A DNA stretch of 64,000 nt from an uncultured Thermomicrobiales bacterium (GTDB taxonomy: Bacteria > Chloroflexota > Chloroflexia > Thermomicrobiales > CADCWN01): the NCBI GenBank assembly GCA_902806415.1, contig CADCWN010000056.1:7875-71874 (forward strand), given 5' to 3'. Each line of letters starts with the position of its first letter. Position 1 is the first letter of the stretch. The position numbers were made by a program, and so were the translations under genes. The notes under the pieces are model-generated. The model was not told the origin of the DNA. It searched no databases and worked only from the letters and a program-made list of their open reading frames with translations. Below, in pieces: positions 9,991-17,393 of this stretch.

Positions 9991-10194
9991 CCCGGCTGGA
10001 GGCTGCGCCACGAAGTCCCCCTACGGGGACTAGGGTAATTCCATCGGCTGCGCCGCGAGCAACCTAACCCGCGTAGGAGGGTTTTGTGGCGGAGCCTTCA
10101 GCGGGGGGGGTTGATGGGGATTGACAACTTGATCGCCCCATTCCAGTCCCCGCAGGGGGACTTCGTGGCGCAGCCTCCAGCCGGGACTTCAGTC
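9991..10194. repeat. dispersed MITE-like element: 41-nt inverted arms with 1 mismatch plus shared flank
   Basis: Arm 9991-10031 (cccggctggaggctgcgccacgaagtccccctacggggact) matches the reverse complement of 10145-10185. The segment 10113-10194 recurs in reverse orientation at 36642-36720. Confidence 0.8.
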
Positions 10195-10324
10195 TACCGG
10201 CACACCAGGCCCGATGCGTGACGATAGGGCGATTAACCAGTCAAGCGCCATCAACCCCTCGGATCTTCTGCTCTCAGCGCAACGCTCCCAGAACCATCCT
10301 ATCCGCCACCCAGAGGTACACCCC

Positions 10325-11266
10325 ATGCACACCCTCCCCGACACCTTCGTCCGAACGGTCACCTCGACATTCGGGGGAGAGGGTGTCGTCTTCCTGGAAC
10401 GCCTGCCCGAACTGCTCGAAGACTGCGCCCGCCGCTGGGGCGCGACGATCTTGCCACCGTTCCCGAACCTCTCCTTCAACTACGCCGCCCCGGCGATCTT
10501 GCCGGACGGCACCACGGCGGTCGTCAAGATCGGCGTCCCGCACGCCGAGTTGCGGACGGAGATCGCCGCCCTGCGCCTCTACGCGGGTGACGGCTGCGCA
10601 CGCCTGCTCGATGCCGACCCCGAGCGCGGCTACCTCCTGCTCGAACGCTTGCAACCGGGCACGATGCTCTCGACACTCGCGGACGACGAGGAGGCGACCG
10701 CCATCGCCGCGAAGGTGATGCGGCGGCTCTGGCGGCCGGTGCCAACGGAGCACCACTTCCCCGGCATCGCCGACTGGTTCGTCGGCCTGCGCGAATTGCG
10801 CGAGGAGTTCGACGGCGGCACCGGCCCATTCCCCCCGCGCCTGGTCGAGGAGGCCGAGCGACTGGCCGCCGATCTCTTCTCCTCGCTCGCCTCGCCGGTC
10901 GTCCTGCACGGCGACCTGCATCACTTCAATATCCTCGCCGCCGAGCGGGAACCGTGGCTGGCGATCGATCCCAAAGGGGTCATCGGCGAACCGGCCTACG
11001 AGGTCGGCGCGCTGATGCGGAATCCCCATCCGTCGGTCACCGAGAACTCGCGGCCTTCTCTCATCGAGTTGCCCGACCCGCTCGGCACCCTCGAACGGCG
11101 TCTCACCATCCTGGCGGAGACCCTCGAACTCGACCGGGCGCGCCTCCGCGCGTGGACGGTCGCGCAAGGGGTTCTCAGCGCCTGGTGGGGCTATGAGGAT
11201 CAGCGCGACTACCTCGACCCGACCTGGCTCACCGTCGCCGAGATCCTCGCCCAATTAGGGGAATGA
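10325..11266 (+). CDS. aminoglycoside/streptomycin 6-kinase-like phosphotransferase (APH(6) family)
   Basis: Motif HGDLHHFNIL...WLAIDPKGVIGEPAYEVGA matches the StrB-type kinase signature. Start moved to ATG 10325 because the track extension lies in the repeat element. Confidence 0.7.
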   Translation: MHTLPDTFVRTVTSTFGGEGVVFLERLPELLEDCARRWGATILPPFPNLSFNYAAPAILPDGTTAVVKIGVPHAELRTEIAALRLYAGDGCARLLDADPERGYLLLERLQPGTMLSTLADDEEATAIAAKVMRRLWRPVPTEHHFPGIADWFVGLRELREEFDGGTGPFPPRLVEEAERLAADLFSSLASPVVLHGDLHHFNILAAEREPWLAIDPKGVIGEPAYEVGALMRNPHPSVTENSRPSLIELPDPLGTLERRLTILAETLELDRARLRAWTVAQGVLSAWWGYEDQRDYLDPTWLTVAEILAQLGE

Positions 11267-11267
11267 G

Positions 11268-12230
11268 ATGCGCCAAGTTGTCGCCGACAATTCGTTTCCC
11301 AATCAGCGCCCCGCCGACCTACCCGGCGAACCGCAAATGCCACCGGAATTGCCGACGAGCGAGCAGCGTCCCCCATGGAGGATCACCCGCCGTAGGTTGC
11401 TCGGCGCGGCGCTCGGCACGGCCCTCGCCGCGCCCGTCGCGGGCGCGGCGGGGTACGGCTACGTCCGGGAGATCGAGCCCGATTGGGTCGCGGTCGAGCG
11501 AATCGATCTCCCGCTGCCGCGCCTGCACCGGGCGTTCGAGGGCTACCGGATCATCCAGATCAGCGACCTCCACATGGATAGTTGGATGACTCCCGACCGA
11601 CTCCGCGACGTCGTAGGGCGAATTAATGCGCTCGCGCCCGACCTGATCGCCATCACGGGCGACTTCGTGACCCACCAGCCGATCGCGCCGCACCTCGATG
11701 GCCTCGTCCCCGAGTTGCGCCGACTCGCGGCGCGCGACGGGGTCTTCGGTGTCCTGGGCAACCACGACCACTGGACCGACCCGACGGTCGTTCGCGCGGC
11801 GCTCCGCGCAGCGGGCGTGACCGAGCTGCGCAATGCCGCCCGCGCGATCCGTCGCGGCGATGCCACGTTGCACCTCGCGGGGGTGGATGACCATTGGGTT
11901 GGGGCAGCGGACCTCGAACCGCTCCTCGACCGGCTGCCGACCGACGCCGGGGCGATCCTCCTGGCGCACGAGCCGGACTTCGCCGAACGCAGCGCACCGA
12001 CCGGACGCTTCGACCTCCAACTCTCCGGCCACTCCCACGGCGGGCAGATGAACTTGCCGATCATCGGCGCGCCGATCCTGCCACCACTCGGGCGTAAATA
12101 TCCGCGCGGTCGCTACCAAATCGGCGCGATGATCCAGTACACCAATCGCGGCCTGGGGATGGTCCGGCCATACGGGCGCTTCAACTGCCGTCCGGAGATC
12201 ACGCTCCTGACGCTGCACGCCACCGGTTGA
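11268..12230 (+). CDS. metallophosphoesterase with twin-arginine signal
   Basis: TRRRLLGAALGTALAAPVAGAAG is Tat-like. Motifs GDFV, GNHDHW and GHSHGGQ are present. Confidence 0.85.
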   Translation: MRQVVADNSFPNQRPADLPGEPQMPPELPTSEQRPPWRITRRRLLGAALGTALAAPVAGAAGYGYVREIEPDWVAVERIDLPLPRLHRAFEGYRIIQISDLHMDSWMTPDRLRDVVGRINALAPDLIAITGDFVTHQPIAPHLDGLVPELRRLAARDGVFGVLGNHDHWTDPTVVRAALRAAGVTELRNAARAIRRGDATLHLAGVDDHWVGAADLEPLLDRLPTDAGAILLAHEPDFAERSAPTGRFDLQLSGHSHGGQMNLPIIGAPILPPLGRKYPRGRYQIGAMIQYTNRGLGMVRPYGRFNCRPEITLLTLHATG

Positions 12231-12325
12231 CACGCCCGCCAGGGCAGTTGCGTAGATAGTACGTCTTGTGGCTCCCCTGACCGCGTTGTACACTTGGGAG
12301 ACCCGGCGGGTGACCTCGGGCAAGG

Positions 12326-12401
12326 GGGCCTGTAGCTCAGGGGTTAGAGCAAGGGACTCATAATCTCAAGGTCGAAGGTTCAAATCCTTCCAGGCCCACC
12401 A
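12326..12401 (+). tRNA. tRNA-Met (anticodon CAT; an Ile2-lysidine tRNA cannot be excluded)
   Basis: Acceptor GGGCCTG/CAGGCCC, anticodon loop CTCATAA, T-loop GGTTCAAATCC, encoded CCA. Confidence 0.85.
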
Positions 12402-12506
12402 GGCGATGGCAGCCGACACTGCTGTTGCCACATCGGACAGAGGATGGGACGGCCCGAGGTCGAGCAGGCCGCTGTACGTATCGGCCTCGATTAGCGCCGA
12501 GGGGTA

Positions 12507-12535
12507 TTGTACGTACACCTTGTTTCCGCTATACT
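12507..12535 (+). promoter_or_regulatory. candidate sigma70-type promoter for rsfS
   Basis: TTGTAC, 17 nt spacer, TATACT. Confidence 0.45.
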
Positions 12536-12578
12536 GACCAGGCAGAAGTTCGCTGAGAGGTGAACGGAGAGGGAGTTA

Positions 12579-12926
12579 ATCATCGAACCGACGACGCTTG
12601 CACGGATTCTCGCCGAGGCGGCTTCCGAGGCGAAGGCTGAGGATGTCGTTGTACTCGACATCCATGAACTGACCGTCATCGCCGATCTCTTCGTCATCTG
12701 CACCGGCGACAATGAGCGCCTGTTGCGGGCGATCAGTCGGCAGGTGCAAGAGGCGACCGACAAGATCGACATCGATCCGCGCCGGGTCGAGGGTTCGGCC
12801 GAGTCGGGCTGGCTCTTGCTTGATTACAGCGATGTGGTCGTCCACATCTTCGGCAGCGCCGAGCGGGAGTTCTACCGATTGGAAGACGTGTGGTCTGCGG
12901 CGCAGACTCTCCTCGTAATCCAATAG
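12579..12926 (+). CDS. rsfS: ribosomal silencing factor RsfS (iojap), apparently with a non-canonical ATC start
   Basis: RsfS-like sequence IIEPTTLARILAEAASEAKAEDVVVLDIHELTVIADLFVICTGDNERLL continues upstream of the track TTG start (12723) up to an in-frame TGA at 12561. The only initiator-like codons after the GGAGAGGGAG RBS are ATC 12579 and ATC 12582. Confidence 0.75.
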   Translation: MIEPTTLARILAEAASEAKAEDVVVLDIHELTVIADLFVICTGDNERLLRAISRQVQEATDKIDIDPRRVEGSAESGWLLLDYSDVVVHIFGSAEREFYRLEDVWSAAQTLLVIQ

Positions 12927-12975
12927 TGATGCGGCGGGCGTCCGGTGGGGGCGTCGTGGGTGTCGGTGAGGGCAT

Positions 12976-13173
12976 ATGAACGGCACGAGCAGTCGGATTC
13001 GCCTTCTACCCTTCCTCGTCGGCGCGGCCGTCGGGAGCTTGATCGGCGTCTTCATCGGCGCACTCTTCGGTGCGCCGCTCGGCGATGCGATCGAGAATGT
13101 GACCGAGGGAACCCTCGATCGCGTCTTCGGCAAGCGCGACGAAGAACTCCGCTTCGAGTTGCTCCTGCAGTAA
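12976..13173 (+). CDS. small membrane protein (glycine-zipper TM)
   Basis: 65 aa. TM segment LLPFLVGAAVGSLIGVFIGALFGAPLG. GGTGAGGG lies upstream of the ATG. GC3-biased. Confidence 0.5.
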   Translation: MNGTSSRIRLLPFLVGAAVGSLIGVFIGALFGAPLGDAIENVTEGTLDRVFGKRDEELRFELLLQ

Positions 13174-13302
13174 GGGGGGAGCTAGGCGTTCGCCCCACGC
13201 GGAGGATCCCCCACTCACCGGGGGACTCCAGCGCGCGCACGCACTCCGCGACGTACGACTCTGCATTAAGTCACGAGCACCTGGATAACCCACATCGAGC
13301 AA

Positions 13303-13719
13303 TCAAAATGGCTCGTCGTCGCCCGCCCCGCCACTCTCCCCCTCGGTCTGCTCCTCCAGACCAGCCATGACGCTCTCCGGGTCCTCCCCCGCTTCGAGTC
13401 GCCCGAGCGCCTCTTCCATCTCCGGCTCCACCGGTTCGCCCATCTCGTCGCTCATCCGCCGCATCGCGCGGGCGAGGGCGCGCGGGTCGTTCTCGTCGAG
13501 CCCGTCGAGGATCCCCCCGAACTCGTCGCCGCCAAAATCGGCGTCGCCCTCGTCACCCGCGCCCGCGCCTCGGTGGACGGCGACGCGCGACATCAGCCGC
13601 GTCAGGCGCGTCCCGCCGCAGTGTGGACAGGCGACTGCATCGGTCGCGGCCCCGAAGCTGCGGAAGAAGACACTGACCTTGCGCCCGCAATCGGGGCAGC
13701 GGTACTCATAAATTGGCAC
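13303..13719 (-). CDS. FmdB-family zinc-ribbon protein with acidic tail
   Basis: N-terminus MPIYEYRCPDCG...CPHCGG. Confidence 0.85.
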   Translation of the reverse strand: MPIYEYRCPDCGRKVSVFFRSFGAATDAVACPHCGGTRLTRLMSRVAVHRGAGAGDEGDADFGGDEFGGILDGLDENDPRALARAMRRMSDEMGEPVEPEMEEALGRLEAGEDPESVMAGLEEQTEGESGGAGDDEPF

Positions 13720-13766
13720 TGTCGCTCCGCTCCGAAATCATGCCCAGGATGAATCCGCCCCGCGTT

Positions 13767-14966
13767 TCAGGATTCGAGGCGCACCAGCCGCAACTCCCGC
13801 TGTGGTTGGCTCAGGAACTCACAGCCAGCCTCGGTCACGACGAGATCTTCCTCCAACGAGACGACGCCATAGCCCGGCACCTTCGCCCCGATCTCCATCG
13901 TATACACCTGCCCGACCTCGATCGGATCGAACGGTCGCCGCCCGTACCGCTCCCAGGCCGGGCCGAGGGTCGCGCCGCCGTCGTGGCAGGAACGCCCGAG
14001 CTGATGGCCGAACGCGAAATCCCAGCCGAGTCCGTGCTCGCCGAAGATTTCGCGCGCCACCGCATCGATCTCGCGCCCCTGCATCCCCGGTCGCAACGCC
14101 GCCGCCGCCTCCTGGATGCACGAATCGACGATCCCGAACATCTCTTGACACGCGGCGGGGGCCGCCGTCTCGCCGGGGCGCAAGAGATAGAAGGTCCGCT
14201 GCAAGTCCGCGCAGTAGCCGCGATATTTCACCCCGAAATCGATGTGCAGGAGTTGCCCCGGCGCGATCCCGATCGCGGTCGGGCCGACGTGGCCCCAGGG
14301 CGATTCCGGCCCGGCGGTCACCGTCGGGCAATACTCGTAATCCCAGGCGGTCGCCTCCAACCCGGCCTCGCGGATTTGCGCGTGCATGAAATCGCTGATC
14401 TCGCGCTCGGTCATCCCCGATCGCAGGATCGCGCCGAGACGGTCGAAGATCGCGTCGGTCTGCCGCACCGCCTCGCGGATCAGTTCCACCTCCGCTGGCG
14501 ACTTCCGCCCGCGCACGCGCGCGACGATCGGCTCGGCGGAGATGAAGCACTCGGCGTGCGCGGTCCCCTCCAGTGCCTCCCTTAACAGCAGGAAGACCCC
14601 GTGGGTGAGTCCATCGGCGGAGGCGTTGTCGGTCGAGAAGTTGAGCGCGATCTGGCGCGGCCCTAACCGATCCAGCGCCGCCAGGAACGGCTCGCGGAAC
14701 CCCTGCACATAGCCGGTCACTTCCGGCCAGGCGCCGGTCGAGCGCACGTTATCGACATCGCCGGTCCCAACGATCGCCAGGTGCTCGCCCATCCGGCTGA
14801 TCAGGAACAGCCCGGTCCAGGTGACGCTCGTCCCGACGACGAGCGGGAAGCTCGGGTCGGTCAGTTCCGCCGTCTCACGCCCGGCCAGCAACCAGAGGTC
14901 GATATCCAATTCCTCCAGGATCGCCTTGGCCTGCGCGATCTTCTCCCCCACCAATTGCCCGTCCAA
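13767..14966 (-). CDS. M24-family Xaa-Pro peptidase / creatinase-like
   Basis: 399 aa with a creatinase-type N-domain and pita-bread C-domain motifs (HIDFGVKYRGYCADLQRT, GHQLG, LEEDLVVT). Confidence 0.8.
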   Translation of the reverse strand: MDGQLVGEKIAQAKAILEELDIDLWLLAGRETAELTDPSFPLVVGTSVTWTGLFLISRMGEHLAIVGTGDVDNVRSTGAWPEVTGYVQGFREPFLAALDRLGPRQIALNFSTDNASADGLTHGVFLLLREALEGTAHAECFISAEPIVARVRGRKSPAEVELIREAVRQTDAIFDRLGAILRSGMTEREISDFMHAQIREAGLEATAWDYEYCPTVTAGPESPWGHVGPTAIGIAPGQLLHIDFGVKYRGYCADLQRTFYLLRPGETAAPAACQEMFGIVDSCIQEAAAALRPGMQGREIDAVAREIFGEHGLGWDFAFGHQLGRSCHDGGATLGPAWERYGRRPFDPIEVGQVYTMEIGAKVPGYGVVSLEEDLVVTEAGCEFLSQPQRELRLVRLES

Positions 14967-14986
14967 GGATCACCTCACCCGCTTAT

Positions 14987-15049
14987 GAAGTGCGAAGTAC
15001 GAAGTACGAACTGGCTCCATGCAAACCGTTACTTCGCACTTCGTACTTC
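14987..15049. repeat. inverted heptamer arrays (GAAGTAC)n forming a hairpin
   Basis: gaagtgcgaagtacgaagtacgaa faces ttacttcgcacttcgtacttc. The same repeat type occurs at 58431-58495. Confidence 0.8.
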
Positions 15050-15052
15050 CCC

Positions 15053-15838
15053 TCACCGTCGTAGCTTCACGATCTTGAACGCCTCGGCCATCGGCAGGTT
15101 CCCTTCCTTGCCGACCTCGACGGCGCGCTCGCGCATCCGCGCTTCGAGCTCGGTCGAGCGCCCGACCTGCGAGTCGTGCTGCTTCAGCGCGGCGATCTTG
15201 AGCGGGAACGTCTCGCTGATATCGACATAGTGATCCGGCTTCTCCGCGCCGTAGAACCAGATCTCGCCGACCTTCCAGGGCATCAACCCCGCCTCATAAT
15301 GATCGTGGAAATAGATCGCGTCGCGCGCCGTCGGGTAGACCGCATCGGCGACGGTGATCCCGACCGCGCGGTGATCGGGGTGCAGGGCGTATGGTCGCCA
15401 CGGGTCGTGGGTGATCACCACGTCCGGGCGATGGCGACGGATCTGCTCGACCAATTGCTTGCGGAATTCGAGCGTCGGGTAGAGTTCGCCATCCGGGTTC
15501 CGCAGGAAGATCGTCTCGGTGATCCCGAGTTCCGCCGATGCGCCCAGTTGCTCGCGCTCGCGCAGCGCCGCCAGGTCCTCGCCCTGCATATCCGGGTCGG
15601 GCGTCCCCTTGTTCCCCGCCGTGCAGACAACGATGTAGACGCGCTTCCCCTCGCGCGCGAACTTCGCCAGCGTCCCCGCCGAGCTGAACTCCGCGTCGTC
15701 CGGGTGCGCGACGATCGCCATCACCGACTCGATCGTGAACTCTTCCGGGGGGGCGGTCGGCGCGGGTTCGCGCAACGGCTCCTGGGTCTGCTGCTCCAAC
15801 TCTTCCGTTTGATCCTGGACCTCACTCCCACCACTCAT
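15053..15838 (-). CDS. PIG-L/LmbE-family deacetylase
   Basis: AHPDDAEF motif and family-typical length. Confidence 0.8.
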   Translation of the reverse strand: MSGGSEVQDQTEELEQQTQEPLREPAPTAPPEEFTIESVMAIVAHPDDAEFSSAGTLAKFAREGKRVYIVVCTAGNKGTPDPDMQGEDLAALREREQLGASAELGITETIFLRNPDGELYPTLEFRKQLVEQIRRHRPDVVITHDPWRPYALHPDHRAVGITVADAVYPTARDAIYFHDHYEAGLMPWKVGEIWFYGAEKPDHYVDISETFPLKIAALKQHDSQVGRSTELEARMRERAVEVGKEGNLPMAEAFKIVKLRR

Positions 15839-16056
15839 CGAGATGCCTCGTCTCCTTTCAACATCGTCAGCCGTAGGGGGACCATGCGCCCTCCCTCGCG
15901 GCGGTCATTTCGCGCTCACCACTATGGCCGATACGGCGCGGGCCGTCAAACCGTCCGCGGCAGAATTGTCCCAACGTGCGCCGGAGTGGCACCGGTTCGC
16001 GGGCATCGCCAATGCTAGAAATCGCGATCGGGCTCTGCTATACTACGGTGCGCCAC

Positions 16057-16146
16057 GGAGAGGTGGCCGAGCGGTTGAAGGCGGCGCTCTCGAAAAGCGT
16101 TAGGGGGTAACAGCCCTCGTGGGTTCGAATCCCACCCTCTCCGCCA
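16057..16146 (+). tRNA. tRNA-Ser (anticodon CGA)
   Basis: Acceptor GGAGAGG/CCTCTCC, anticodon loop CTCGAAA, long variable arm, GGTTCGAATCC, encoded CCA. Confidence 0.9.
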
Positions 16147-16154
16147 TTATGTCA

Positions 16155-16201
16155 AATAGAGGGCGGCGGCGCATCCGATAGGTGCGCCGCCGCCCTCTAT
16201 T
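16155..16201 (+). terminator. perfect 19-bp hairpin downstream of tRNA-Ser(CGA)
   Basis: aatagagggcggcggcgca, 9 nt loop, tgcgccgccgccctctatt. No clear U-tract. Confidence 0.5.
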
Positions 16202-16250
16202 CCAATGCCCTGCACACCCTCTATACTCTGCTATCTGGCACGGTCATAGC

Positions 16251-16279
16251 TTGTCATCTCTCGCGTTCTTTACTATCCT
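16251..16279 (+). promoter_or_regulatory. candidate promoter for tRNA-Ser(GGA)
   Basis: TTGTCA, 17 nt spacer, TATCCT, ending 10 nt before the tRNA 5' end. Confidence 0.45.
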
Positions 16280-16289
16280 GTATGCTGAT

Positions 16290-16381
16290 GGAAGGGTCGC
16301 ATAGTCTGGCCTAGTGCGCGCGACTGGAAATCGCGTAGGCGGTAAAACGCCTCGGGGGTTCGAATCCCCCCCCTTCCGCCA
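16290..16381 (+). tRNA. tRNA-Ser (anticodon GGA)
   Basis: Acceptor GGAAGGG/CCCTTCC, anticodon loop CTGGAAA, long variable arm, GGTTCGAATCC, encoded CCA. Confidence 0.85.
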
Positions 16382-16460
16382 CCATCCCATTTACTATCAG
16401 GCTTCGCGCGCCATCGCCAAAGGCTACGTGCCATTGGTGCGGCCACTTTCGTCCTCGGTT

Positions 16461-16499
16461 GAAAAGAAGGGTGGGGGGCTATCCGCGCGATAGCCCCCC
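16461..16499 (-). terminator. intrinsic terminator of the selenoprotein gene pair
   Basis: On the minus strand, GGGGGGCTATC-gcgcg-GATAGCCCCCC is followed by acccttcttttc. It lies immediately after the 16510 stop. Confidence 0.7.
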
Positions 16500-16509
16500 G
16501 CGCCGTCCC

Positions 16510-16755
16510 TCAACTCACCGATGGCAAGAGTTTCCCCACTCGGGCAACAAGCGCATCCTGATCCGGGAACTCGCCGGTTCGCTTCTTCGAGTGGATCTCT
16601 CGGCCGGCGAGCCGGACCTCGAAGACGCCGCCCGAGCTCGGCACGAGACTGATGCGGGAGAACCGATTACTGTAGTCGTGCGCGATCTTCTCCGTCAAAC
16701 TGACGGCTTTCTTGAGGTAGCCTCAAGCGGTGCAGTACTCGACCTCGAACTCCAT
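16510..16755 (-). CDS. SelW/Rdx-family selenoprotein (CxxU), TGA 16723-16725 read as Sec
   Basis: ATG 16755 after GGAGAA. Translation MEFEVEYCTA-U-GYLKKAVSLTEKIAHDY...LVPSSGGVFEVRLAGREIHSKKRTGEFP. The CxxU plus GGVFEV signature is Rdx-like. The track keeps only the part after the TGA. Confidence 0.8.
16692..16706 (-). promoter_or_regulatory. candidate bacterial SECIS hairpin (SelW-like gene)
   Basis: CCGUCA-GUU-UGACGG, 16 nt after the UGA. Confidence 0.4.
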
Positions 16756-16827
16756 GATCCGTTCTCCTTCTCATCGACAGCAGCCGCCCGGTGAGCATCC
16801 TGCCGCCAGATCGGTTCGCCCGCCGCG

Positions 16828-17247
16828 TTAAGCGGGCACGGCGGTGACGGTGAGCGCCACAGTGGTCGCCACGGCGACCGTACGGTAGAGCGGTCAACCG
16901 TCCTTGTAGCGCTGGACCACCGACTCGGCCTCTTCTTGGCTCGGTCCGACAAGGGTGAAGTGGAGATCGATCCGGGCGAAGCTGGTCGGATTGGCCCGTT
17001 CGCGCCGGCCCTCGATCGATACTTCCATCCGCTGGATTGGCACGCCCATCGTCTTGGCCGCCCCCTCGACCAGCGTCACGCCGCAGGAAGAGACGCCGGC
17101 CAGGAATGCCTCGCCTGACCCCAGCGCCTCGCCGATCGTCGGGCTGTCGATGACGAAATGCTGGTCGCGCGCGGTGTTCAGGCTCCGCCCCACGATGCCG
17201 CTGCTGTAGGACCGCACGGCGGTCACCACATAGTCTTGCTCGTCCAT
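16828..17247 (-). CDS. OsmC/YhfA-family protein with predicted selenocysteine (TGA 16894-16896)
   Basis: The track ORF stops at TGA, but the frame continues 21 codons to TAA 16828. The sequence ...VVQRYKDG-U-PLYRTVAVATTVALTVTAVPA places U at the second conserved Cys of the family. The first Cys is present in GVSSCGVTLVEG. Confidence 0.75.
16864..16879 (-). promoter_or_regulatory. candidate bacterial SECIS hairpin (OsmC-like gene)
   Basis: GGUCGC-CGUG-GCGACC, 14 nt after the UGA. Confidence 0.4.
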
Positions 17248-17393
17248 CGCCCCTCCTCGCTACGCCGCACTTCGAGCACCAGCATAGTGCCGGTAGCGCG
17301 ATAGTAGCACCGGCGCGCGGTTTGCGATACCCCGACGGCACGCTGACGACCGGCCCACGGTATCGCCCCGCGTCCGCAACCGCTAACCTGTTG

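Noticed and set aside
16290-16381. Possibility that the long-arm tRNA beside the selenoprotein genes is tRNA-Sec (selC).
   Set aside because: The anticodon loop reads CTGGAAA (anticodon GGA, serine), not TCA. The acceptor stem is an ordinary 7 bp.
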